DNA of 50,767 bases from Candidatus Bathyarchaeia archaeon (lineage in GTDB: Archaea > Thermoproteota > Bathyarchaeia > TCS64), in assembly GCA_050014495.1 (NCBI GenBank), contig JBEKDF010000020.1, positions 1 through 50,767 of the forward strand. The letters are read 5' to 3'. Of this stretch, positions 11,038 through 19,730 are shown piece after piece. The notes under the pieces were generated by a model. The model made no database searches and was not told the DNA's origin. It saw only the letters and a program-made list of their open reading frames with translations. The position numbers and the translations under genes were made by a program. Within the stretch, counting starts at the first letter, position 1; each line of letters starts with the position of its first letter.

Positions 11038-11121
11038 TTCGCCATCACTGTTTAAATATGATTAATTCACCTATAACACCGAGTGCACGTCGCTGCAGAA
11101 GATCAAAGGAGAGTATAGACG

Positions 11122-11361
11122 GTGATATCAACGAAATTTACCGCATTATTCGGGGCCCTAGGACAAGTGATATTCGTATTCGGACTTCTCGGCTGGCTAT
11201 ATGGCGTTGTAATCCAATTAACTAACCCAGAGTTGCTGACAATACAACTCTCACATCTAACCCCATGGCTGAGAATAGACGTATTCACAATATACTCCTT
11301 TTTTGCCAGTGCTGTTGGCTTCTTCTTATGGAGATTAGTCGTCTGGATCAGGAAAAGATAG
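11122..11361 (+). CDS. Small two-TM membrane protein
   Basis: Two hydrophobic helices and a basic C-terminus. Confidence 0.7.
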   Translation: MISTKFTALFGALGQVIFVFGLLGWLYGVVIQLTNPELLTIQLSHLTPWLRIDVFTIYSFFASAVGFFLWRLVVWIRKR

Positions 11362-11416
11362 AATCACCTAACTCTCGCTCAGCAATTAAATTTTTTCGAA
11401 TTAGAAAGCGATCGAT

Positions 11417-11623
11417 TTAAACCGCATCCTTCTTGGCCTTAAACGTCCAAATATAGATAACTACTCCAATAACTCCGATTATGGCGAGTGGTACCCAAAA
11501 AATGAGCCTGTCATTAGCTGAAATGCCGAAGTCATAGAAGCGGTAATACCTCATAAAAGCTACGATTACAGCGATTATAACTACTAACGCGGCTATTTTA
11601 TTGATTACCCATTTATTATTCAT
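11417..11623 (-). CDS. Small two-TM membrane protein
   Basis: Two hydrophobic segments with basic flanks. Confidence 0.65.
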   Translation of the reverse strand: MNNKWVINKIAALVVIIAVIVAFMRYYRFYDFGISANDRLIFWVPLAIIGVIGVVIYIWTFKAKKDAV

Positions 11624-11810
11624 TATTTACTTCTCATAATTCCCCCGTTGCTTGCTTATTTAAATTTATGTAGTAGTAATCAAATAGTCTATTGATAATA
11701 TTTTAGATCAATTAATAATTCCATTTTTTTGCAGGGATGATAATTTATGTCACCATAAGTTTTAGAATAATGCGGAAATTTGATGCATTCTCGGGAGAAA
11801 TTTTGTAAGG

Positions 11811-12779
11811 CTAGAAATAATTAGGCTCCCTCTTCTTTTCTAATTGATTCAGGTTGTAGTATCTTATTACATGCTTGATCTGGGATACTACAATTGCAAG
11901 TATAAGGAACTGAATACCGGTAGTAATAAAAAGTGAACCGAATACTCCGAGTTCGGGTGATGAATACCTATTAATCGTAGGTGTAATAGATACAACAAGG
12001 ATACCAAGGCCGGGAATTGCTAATAGTCCAGCCATTAAGAATGAATAAAATACAATTGGGTTGAATTGCCTACCCAAGTTCAATATTGCAGAAATAATCT
12101 TAAACCCGTCTCTAAATGAGTTGAGTTTTTGTATACCAATTCTTTTGTTGTAAGATATGGGAACTTCCTTGATACTGTTTGAGTTCGAGCAGTTAGCAGC
12201 GATCTCAACCTCGATATCGAATCCATCTGAGTATAGTGGCATATTCTTTGCGAAGTCGGTCTTCAGGCAATACATTCCTGAACACACATCTTGCAGATCC
12301 GTCCCGAAGAAGACGTTGAAGACTGTGTTTATTATGTTGTTCCCGAAACGATTTAACCTCTTGATGTTGACTCTGTCCTTTCTTGCTCCAATTACTTGGT
12401 TATAGACTGAAGCTTTATCGAGTAATCTATCTATTTCACTCGGGTTATATGTAGAATCCCCGTCAATTATCACCAGATATGGTGTCTTTATGACTTCGAA
12501 GGCAGTTTTAATTGCACCCGCTTTCCCTTTCCCTTTTTGTTGAATTATTTCAACACCAAAATTCTTCGCGTTCGTAACAGTATTATCAATTGAATTTCCG
12601 TCGACTATAAGAATTTTTGAAAATCCCTCTATTTGCAGGTTTTGTAGTACAAACCCTATTGATTCTTCCTCATTTAGAGTCGGTACAATTACAGTTACTT
12701 CACTTCTCTCTATTTGATGAGAAATCGCGTTTGTTAATGAAATCTCATCTTCTACAATATTCCCAAATTGTGAAGACAA
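11811..12779 (-). CDS. GT2 glycosyltransferase, DPM1/AglJ-like, with two C-terminal TMs
   Basis: VPTLNEE, VDGNSIDNT, GKG, DGD, DVCSG and EVEI motifs. Confidence 0.88.
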   Translation of the reverse strand: MSSQFGNIVEDEISLTNAISHQIERSEVTVIVPTLNEEESIGFVLQNLQIEGFSKILIVDGNSIDNTVTNAKNFGVEIIQQKGKGKAGAIKTAFEVIKTPYLVIIDGDSTYNPSEIDRLLDKASVYNQVIGARKDRVNIKRLNRFGNNIINTVFNVFFGTDLQDVCSGMYCLKTDFAKNMPLYSDGFDIEVEIAANCSNSNSIKEVPISYNKRIGIQKLNSFRDGFKIISAILNLGRQFNPIVFYSFLMAGLLAIPGLGILVVSITPTINRYSSPELGVFGSLFITTGIQFLILAIVVSQIKHVIRYYNLNQLEKKREPNYF

Positions 12780-13007
12780 GGATAATCACAGAGCGGTATT
12801 ATAACAATGCAGCTGTTTCTATTAATAAATTAGTAGGTAGCCTTTTTAGTCAAATTTAGTAGCAATCTTCAGTTTTTAAAAGAGTTCTTGAATAAAGGAA
12901 ATGCATTGAAAATAGTTACACATACTTTTAAAAAAGTACTCAAGCGTTCCGCCAGAGTTTATACGAATTAAGTTATTCTTTAATATCACATATGAAAAAA
13001 CGATTAC

Positions 13008-13367
13008 ATGGCTTGTCCTCTATGCGACGTATGGAATAGAGAACGTGAAAACGTTCTCTTCGAAGATGAAGGATTCGTTATCATTAGAACAAAATTTCTG
13101 AAGGGCCATAGAGAGCGTGTTATGCTGCTTTCTAAAAAACATATAAAAACCTTGGAAAACTTTACGGGACTAGAAGAGAAATATGAGCGGGAGATAAAGA
13201 AGATCTTCAGTTACACATACAAAGCTATAGTCATGGAAGGAAAGTTTGGCTCGGTCCCCGATCACTGGCACGTCTGCATAACTGATCTCGATCCATCCAG
13301 CCAAGACTTTGAACAAGTGCTGGGAACTCCATGGATTCAGGTAATAGACATCAAATCTTGGAAGTAA
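13008..13367 (+). CDS. HIT-like protein with a variant triad
   Basis: N-terminal CPLC; GH..RVMLL.K.H; HWHVC in place of HxHxH. Confidence 0.6.
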   Translation: MACPLCDVWNRERENVLFEDEGFVIIRTKFLKGHRERVMLLSKKHIKTLENFTGLEEKYEREIKKIFSYTYKAIVMEGKFGSVPDHWHVCITDLDPSSQDFEQVLGTPWIQVIDIKSWK

Positions 13368-13463
13368 CGTACCAATGACTGAAAAGTTACACTTACACCG
13401 TATCGTGTGGGTATTTTTTTAAGGACCACAATGCCTATCTACCATTGAGCGTGATTAGGCTTC

Positions 13464-13742
13464 ATGTTCATATCGAGGAAAGGCTTACAGAATCACTTTA
13501 CCTTACTCGAAAATATTATTAAATACCTATTAAAATATGGAAAAGTCACTATTTCGGACATTCGAGAAAAAACGATCTACCAATTCTCCAGCCGAGAGGT
13601 CTCCTGGGTCTTAAAGAAGCTAAGAAAAATTGGATTAGTCACCTACGAGGGAAGGGTCTGGTACCTGAATGAAACCATGATTAAAAGTATGGGCTTACTC
13701 GCTTTCCAAGAAATTCTAGCCTACGCCCTAAAGAAACAATGA
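13464..13742 (+). CDS. Winged helix-turn-helix protein
   Basis: IIKYL..YG.VT..DI ... EVSWVLKKL..IGLV...G.VWYL pattern. Confidence 0.65.
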   Translation: MFISRKGLQNHFTLLENIIKYLLKYGKVTISDIREKTIYQFSSREVSWVLKKLRKIGLVTYEGRVWYLNETMIKSMGLLAFQEILAYALKKQ

Positions 13743-13921
13743 TTTCAGTATTGTTTTGATCTTACACTTAAATTTGAGATACTCAGCTAGTCTTCTTGAA
13801 ATAGAAGATACTTATGCGTGCACAGGTTATTGAATCAAAGCATGTTGATTATGATATGAACTCAGAATTATGACTGGTTTCTTATTTCGGGCCAGATAAG
13901 AACATCACTTGATGGATTCCA

Positions 13922-14380
13922 CTAGGCTTGGTTTCCCGTAATATCGATTTCCACATTAAAAGTCGATATGTCATGGATGTCGCTTTTAACGGTTAATGTT
14001 AATGTTGCTTGTGTAGAAGCTTGTGGAGCTAGACTAGTATTTTCTTTATTCCAAGTTATAGTGATGTGGTTGGGTGCGTCGGCTGGGCTCCAGCTACTAA
14101 GAGTGCATTGTAAAGTTGCGGAGAGAGTGCCTAAGTTTTTAATATAAATCGTCTTTGTAATGCTCCCTCCCGGGGCTAAAGTTCCCCAAGTTATGCTGGT
14201 TAATGGTGTTGTACATGCAGAGTCGCTGTATATTCCGAGAGTTAGACTGTTAGTAATAGAACCTGTACTGGTGATTGACTGTTTTGTAGTTAGTAATCCC
14301 GATATCTCAATTGCCCCCACCGAACATAAAGTAATTAATATTAACACAAGAGATAACCGGAGTTTTGAAGTTCCAGCCAT
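13922..14380 (-). CDS. Secreted or membrane-anchored Ig-like surface protein
   Basis: N-terminal hydrophobic helix; Thr/Ser-rich; WG.L.PG...TIYIKN.G motif. Confidence 0.75.
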   Translation of the reverse strand: MAGTSKLRLSLVLILITLCSVGAIEISGLLTTKQSITSTGSITNSLTLGIYSDSACTTPLTSITWGTLAPGGSITKTIYIKNLGTLSATLQCTLSSWSPADAPNHITITWNKENTSLAPQASTQATLTLTVKSDIHDISTFNVEIDITGNQA

Positions 14381-14705
14381 TGAATTATGGCTATAACTTA
14401 AATTTAAAGGGGTTTATGGAGACAGTATACATATTAAATTTGATAAATATATATTTGAAGTAATTATAATGAATCAGAATCTACCACGATATAAAGTAAC
14501 ATTTCGTGAATCTGACTGACTTCAATACCTGAGTTTTACAAAAAGTATACCTAATCCTCGTTACCAAAAAGTATTTTTCTGAAAAACGGGCTTCTTTCGT
14601 AATTTAAAATATGAAAAAAAGGACTGTCATAACATCGAGTGTGATATTATTTGGAACCTACGAGAATAAACTTTGAAAGCTCTGTCAACGAAGATACTTT
14701 GTTCC

Positions 14706-14996
14706 TTAATTTGACTGCTTATCTCTCATAAAGAACCATGCCCGTAAAAATGAGCTGACCGCTAATACGATGAAAGTTATTCCAAATCCTGCACCAATCA
14801 ATCCAAGATAATTGAAGTAGCTAGTCTGAGTAGGAATATATTTTTGTGGTATCGTGCTCATTAAAGTTGTAATAAAGCTCTGGAAATTGATTCCCAAAAC
14901 AAGGGAGCCAATACCAATTATGAGCTCAAAGATACCTGAAAATATTTCTAGAAATGGGAGAACCGTTAATTTCATGGGCTTACGATTTTGAGTCAA
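14706..14996 (-). CDS. Small membrane protein
   Basis: Two hydrophobic helices. Confidence 0.55.
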   Translation of the reverse strand: MTQNRKPMKLTVLPFLEIFSGIFELIIGIGSLVLGINFQSFITTLMSTIPQKYIPTQTSYFNYLGLIGAGFGITFIVLAVSSFLRAWFFMRDKQSN

Positions 14997-15110
14997 GATC
15001 TACCACGTTTTACAATTAAATTCAACTGGTATTTATAATTTAGCGAACATTTTTGGTGGGGAGTATAAAATTTAGGGTTTCCGATAAATGACTACAGTAT
15101 TAGACGAGTA

Positions 15111-16826
15111 TCAGACTAGGTTTGCCAGACTTCGTAGCTGGTAAGCTAATAGTAGAAGTATTACAAAGATAGGCAAGATTGTTTTTAATTTCACATCTTT
15201 AATTTTTCTAAATTCAATCATCCCCATCGCAGCGTATAATCCGAAGGGAATATTGAAGAGGACCCGGGATTTAGTGTTCACGTCAACAATCAAAAAGACT
15301 AGACTTGTTGCCAACGGGAAAAGGATGAAGTAGAACCTCGAAGTTCCATTCAAGTTATGTTTGAGCAGCCCCAAAACTACAATACTCAGTAGCATGATGT
15401 TAGCAAGGGTCCCACTAAAATAGAAAATCGAGCTCACTATGCTACCCAGGAAAGTATCAAAGTTTGCTACCCCGTTGAGGGTTCTCAGAGCTCTGATTAC
15501 TCCTACGCCACCTAACATGTTGCTTTGGATGATCTCCGCAGCTCCGAATCCGATTGCAATAATGATGACCAGTGCAACTAGAAGGACTCTGGTTCTCTTC
15601 TCCTTGCTTCGAAGGAGAAGTGGAATAGCTGCGAGGGCCAAGACCGGTATGTATTGGTCGAAGGTCCAGGGATGAGTGAATAGTAAAGTGACTCCGAAGA
15701 ATATTGTTCCTACTAGATATCGCCAGTTCATCGAATCGATCCATTTGAAGAACATTGTGAGCGTTATGAAGGCGAATGCGAGACCAAGCATGTCAGCTAG
15801 AAGAAAACCGTATAACCCAGCTACCGTTTGGAAGCCCGTTACAGTGAAAAAGGAAGCCCATATGGCGCATTCGGAGTCACCTGTCACCTCTCTAGTGAGG
15901 TAAAAAATGGATAGTGCGAGTAGGGGGATGACTACAACCGGGAAGAGAGATACAGCCCAGTAAGAATTGAGACCCAGCAGTCTCTGGAATCCGAGGAGAA
16001 GTATGAATAAGACGGGCCTTGAGCCGGAGTAGACCTCGGTTATCTGCGTGATGTCCTTGTTTACCTGATCTAGGTAGGGGACATAGTGCATAACATCGGT
16101 TCCTATGTTAATGGAGTTGGGATTGACTCCTGGTAGATTCGGGTAGATGGCAGCCAGGACGCCGAGTCCAATTATTAGGGAGAGATATAGGACTATTCTC
16201 CGATCAATCAAATTCAGCTGAATAGTCGTTTTTTGGATGGGGGTCTTCTGAAGAAATGTTGTGGATTTATAGATGCTCGCGATTACAATCGCCACGACGC
16301 CGAAAATTGAGAGTGGCGCAGTGATGAAGTATAGATAAAATTCCTGGATGGCTAGTCCACTTAGTGGGTACGGCCATCCGAGTGGATAGAAGATGAGCCA
16401 GTAGATCAGCGATGAGAGGTAAACTGTTGATAATGAGACTAAAAGGATCGTGAGGAATTCGTTCAAAAGCCTAAGCCTGTAGACCCCTAATGAGACGATT
16501 AGGAGAGAAGATACGACGAGCGCTAAGTCAAAGCCGGTTATTGGGTATAGAAAAAAACCCGCCAGCGATATTACACTGAGGAGTACACTAGACCTGCTTA
16601 AAAAAATGAAGCATATCGCTGCCAACAAGGCGATAATTGGGATAACATCGAAGCCAATTGTATATATGTCCTGGTATGTTAAGCGGTGCTGCACGAAGGC
16701 GAATATTACACCAGATACTTGGACGAGATAAAGCGATGAAAGAAGGCCCAACAATGTAAATGGCAAGACCCTCAAAAGCGAATAGGATGAGCGGAAGTTT
16801 CCTATCAGCTTTCTTGGATTAAACAT
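15111..16826 (-). CDS. Polytopic membrane protein, probable GT-C fold glycosyltransferase
   Basis: More than 12 TM segments; loop GTDVMHY acidic motif; SRP; LFTHPWT; glycosylation-gene context. Confidence 0.6.
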   Translation of the reverse strand: MFNPRKLIGNFRSSYSLLRVLPFTLLGLLSSLYLVQVSGVIFAFVQHRLTYQDIYTIGFDVIPIIALLAAICFIFLSRSSVLLSVISLAGFFLYPITGFDLALVVSSLLIVSLGVYRLRLLNEFLTILLVSLSTVYLSSLIYWLIFYPLGWPYPLSGLAIQEFYLYFITAPLSIFGVVAIVIASIYKSTTFLQKTPIQKTTIQLNLIDRRIVLYLSLIIGLGVLAAIYPNLPGVNPNSINIGTDVMHYVPYLDQVNKDITQITEVYSGSRPVLFILLLGFQRLLGLNSYWAVSLFPVVVIPLLALSIFYLTREVTGDSECAIWASFFTVTGFQTVAGLYGFLLADMLGLAFAFITLTMFFKWIDSMNWRYLVGTIFFGVTLLFTHPWTFDQYIPVLALAAIPLLLRSKEKRTRVLLVALVIIIAIGFGAAEIIQSNMLGGVGVIRALRTLNGVANFDTFLGSIVSSIFYFSGTLANIMLLSIVVLGLLKHNLNGTSRFYFILFPLATSLVFLIVDVNTKSRVLFNIPFGLYAAMGMIEFRKIKDVKLKTILPIFVILLLLAYQLRSLANLV

Positions 16827-16855
16827 AAAAAAACCTAGGAAGGAAGGCTATAGAG

Positions 16856-17371
16856 CTACCAACGTGGTAAACAGAGGTCTGTGCTGAGAACGGGCCCTTT
16901 AATGCTGCCCGAACAACTTCCACATCCATCACATATGGTATAGCGGATGCATCCACATCCAATACCGTCGTAATTGTTTTCAAGCTCGAACCAGATTCTC
17001 TGAGTCGTGCATGGCTTCAGATCCATTGTGAACTTGATGCAACCAGACAACGTGTTGACAGTGGCACCCTCAGAAGATCCGATGACCACGATATCTTTGA
17101 AGGCGCTGAAGAGCTCAACCGACGTCACGTCTTTCGACCCGGCGCTCACCTCGTAGATGAACTTTACACCGGACTGAGTATTCTCAGTTCCAACGAACCT
17201 TATCGAACAGGGTGTGTTGCAGTAGTCAGACCAGTCGAATCTGCAATCGATTCTGTGGTTTTCGATTTGGTCGTAGTCTGTGCATGCCTGACTAGGAGTG
17301 ATAAGGGGAGCACAGATAGTAATTGCGAATAGTGCAATTATAGACAGGGATAGTGTATATTTTTTATTCAT
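16856..17371 (-). CDS. Secreted cysteine-rich protein
   Basis: Signal peptide; 13 Cys including CGC and CDGCGSC. Confidence 0.7.
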   Translation of the reverse strand: MNKKYTLSLSIIALFAITICAPLITPSQACTDYDQIENHRIDCRFDWSDYCNTPCSIRFVGTENTQSGVKFIYEVSAGSKDVTSVELFSAFKDIVVIGSSEGATVNTLSGCIKFTMDLKPCTTQRIWFELENNYDGIGCGCIRYTICDGCGSCSGSIKGPVLSTDLCLPRW

Positions 17372-17601
17372 TTTGCTTGCATCTTTGTAAACTACTTTAA
17401 TCTATATAAGAATATCATACTAATGTTTAGAACAATTGATTAGTGATTTAATAGATTTATATAAATATGTTGCGATCGAGTTGAATTAGTTAGTATTTCC
17501 ATAATAAAATGACTGTAAAACGTATGATATGTACCTATGATTCTTATCAAGCATCCATAACCTCTTTAAAATAGAATAACAAAGAAAAATAGGAATAAAA
17601 G

Positions 17602-17754
17602 ATGAGTTGCCCCAACTACATCAACGATTTATGTTACTTAGATCTACCCAAAAGCACAATATCTACAAAGAATTTCAACAAACGTGCAGGGAGAGTCAAA
17701 AGACCTTGCTTATCTCATAAATATTCCGTATGCCCCAGGATAAAAGACAAATAA
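17602..17754 (+). CDS. Putative 50-aa four-Cys small protein
   Basis: Hand translation MSCPNYINDLCYLDLPKSTISTKNFNKRAGRVKRPCLSHKYSVCPRIKDK; TTTAAA element ~35 nt upstream; below the ORF-track cutoff. Confidence 0.4.
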   Translation: MSCPNYINDLCYLDLPKSTISTKNFNKRAGRVKRPCLSHKYSVCPRIKDK

Positions 17755-18014
17755 AATCAGTTTCCATAGGTACCATAGACTCCTTATCTTCTCGGAACAA
17801 AAAGATAGTCGCTCTTTCAAATCACGTATGGGATAATGGGTCGTTTAGTAAGGGATTGCTTACGACTCCTGGTTAAGCGTCAAATACTTCATTCTCGTTA
17901 CTTCAGCAAATGCTGAGAATGATCTGGAATTAATAGAGATAACTATACGCAAGTTTGCGCTGGAAACACGACAACTACTCTTATATTATCCCTCCGGGCT
18001 TATCAAACGGCAGT

Positions 18015-18090
18015 AGCCCGGTCGTCTAGCGGTCAAGGATCGGGGCCTCTGGAGCCTCTGACGAGAGTTCGAATCTCTCCCGGGCTACCA
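18015..18090 (+). tRNA. tRNA-Gln(CTG), intronless, CCA encoded
   Basis: Acceptor AGCCCGG/CCGGGCT with the A1-U72 pair typical of archaeal tRNA-Gln; anticodon arm GGGGC-CTCTGGA-GCCTC; T arm GAGAG-TTCGAAT-CTCTC; ACCA end; TTATATTA upstream at 17981. Confidence 0.97.
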
Positions 18091-18486
18091 TCGCTTGAGC
18101 GGGTAGAATACCGTTTTAGGGTTTCTGGGGGCCGTTTCAGCTTAGGAGTCGCTGGGCATGGCGCAGGGTCTTCCTCACAGATCCTATATTCTACCGTGCG
18201 CGCGAGCCCAAATTTACCGGATCCTAAGGATAACTTCAGGATAAAAGGATGAGTTGAGCCCGGGGGGCGTATAAGATTCTACGCTCAAGTGAGGGCTAAC
18301 ACGGTGTATATGTGAAAGTCCTTCACTCTCCTTCAGAAATATGCCCATACGCGCGTGCGCCTGCATCGGTGCGATGCCTTCGGCCCGGTCCATATCTTCT
18401 GGTTATCGGTCCGCGGACTTAAAAGGGGTGGACTCAGGCTTTTCCGTGAAAACTGTTATCCCCTCCGCGTCCGCTTTTTCTAGGGG

Positions 18487-19119
18487 TTGGGCTTGAGGAT
18501 TCTACTCGTGGTGCCCATCAGTGGGATTAACGACGCTGAGATCGAGCTGAGGCTCAGCTTCCTCAGGTCGATCGCGGGGCCTGGGACCGAGCTGGGGTAC
18601 GTGCAGGTTAGTGGGGGTCCTCCTGCGATCGAGTGCGCGGTCGACCACGTCAGGGCGGCCGCCGAGGTGCTGAGGTGCGTCGAGGAGGAGGCGGGCCTAT
18701 GGGACGCGGTGATAGTCTGGTGCGCGGGGGACCCAGGCGTCGAGGCGGCCCGGACACTCGTCGACATCCCAGTGATCGGTCCGGGGGAGGCCATGAGGGC
18801 TCTGGCCTCGACGCTGGGGAAAAGGGTCTGCGGGGTTCCGGCTCCGCTGCCTGTGCTCGAGCTCAGGAAGGATCTGGGGAAGACGTTCGAGCTCACGAAG
18901 GCGAAGGTGGAGGGACTCGCCCGCGAGGGCTACGACTCTTTCTACCTCGACTGCCTCGGGCTCTTCGGCATGGGGAGGCCAATGAGGGAGGCGACTGGGC
19001 TGCCGGTGATCGACCCGGCTGAGGCTTCGCTGAAGATGGCTGAGGTCTCGGTCGAGCTAGGGCTCCGGCCTAGCAGGGTCGCCTATCCGAGGTATCCGCC
19101 GCCGCACAGGCGCGGCTGA
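18487..19119 (+). CDS. Asp/Glu/hydantoin racemase family protein
   Basis: GPPAIE, DAVIVWCAGDPG.EAAR..VDIPVIGPGEA, LDCLGL, LPVIDP; two catalytic-type Cys; very GC-rich codons. Confidence 0.85.
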   Translation: MGLRILLVVPISGINDAEIELRLSFLRSIAGPGTELGYVQVSGGPPAIECAVDHVRAAAEVLRCVEEEAGLWDAVIVWCAGDPGVEAARTLVDIPVIGPGEAMRALASTLGKRVCGVPAPLPVLELRKDLGKTFELTKAKVEGLAREGYDSFYLDCLGLFGMGRPMREATGLPVIDPAEASLKMAEVSVELGLRPSRVAYPRYPPPHRRG

Positions 19120-19289
19120 GTGCCGAGGCTGTACATAAGGGTTTTTTCAGGTTATTCCTTGTTAGAGGGAATATCGGTTTTCAGCGTGCTCCGTTTTGTG
19201 TTTTTATATAGATTCTATAGGATTTGGATTAACCTCGTTTTTACTCCCCCTCGGTTAAGCTTAAAGATCAATTCCTACGAAGACGCCTC

Positions 19290-19457
19290 ATGGACTCCTT
19301 CACCTCATACATCCTCAGACAAGCCTACGAGAAAGTCGGCAGACTCGGCGATGGACTCGCCAAGATAGACAAACAGATCGACTGGGAGCGGTTCCGACCC
19401 ATAATCAAGGCAATGTACAGAAACGACACCCAGAGAGAGAGAGCGCCACATGGGTAA
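19290..19457 (+). pseudogene. Truncated IS5-family transposase, N-terminal 55 aa only
   Basis: MDSFTSYILRQAYEKVGRLGDGLAKIDKQIDWERFRPIIKAMYRNDT resembles the archaeal IS5 N-terminus (LGD.L..I...IDWE.FRPII..MY); similarity ends at a (GA)n run where GGRP is expected. Confidence 0.75.
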
Positions 19458-19730
19458 GAGAGCGCATGATGGCCTGCGGAACTAAGTGGATGCTGCCCGG
19501 GCACCGTGTGCTCTGAAAACGTTTTCATAGGAGCGCGCGCCCTCGTCCGGGGGCGTCGTGCCCTGATCTTCTGGATGTGAGGTAGGATATCCCAGCGGGC
19601 GGCCGGGAAAAGGCCAAAGAATACCAACCTCCGCTCGGGCGGTGGTCTCTCCCGGGCTACCAATTTATGATCTTCTCGTGAGCGAAACGCTTCATACTCT
19701 AACATTAAATGAGGCACATCGTATACCTAG

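Larger units (their letters stand above)
18074..19662. mobile_element. Remnant integrated element in the tRNA-Gln 3' end, bounded by 17-bp att-like direct repeats
   Basis: TCTCTCCCGGGCTACCA occurs at 18074-18090 and 19646-19662; the interior is visibly more GC-rich than the flanks and contains an IS fragment. Confidence 0.85.

Noticed and set aside
17595..18256. ATAAAAG(G)ATGAGTTG at 17595-17609 and 18241-18256, on either side of the tRNA
   Set aside because: Only two short A-rich copies with an indel; cannot be distinguished from chance.
18480..19022. Alternative-frame ORFs over the racemase gene
   Set aside because: Expected by-products of high GC; only the 18487-19119 frame has family motifs.
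19325..19717. 130-aa minus-strand ORF as an integrase remnant
   Set aside because: No tyrosine-recombinase R/HxxR/Y motifs; it crosses the att repeat and overlaps the IS5 stub, so it is probably spurious.
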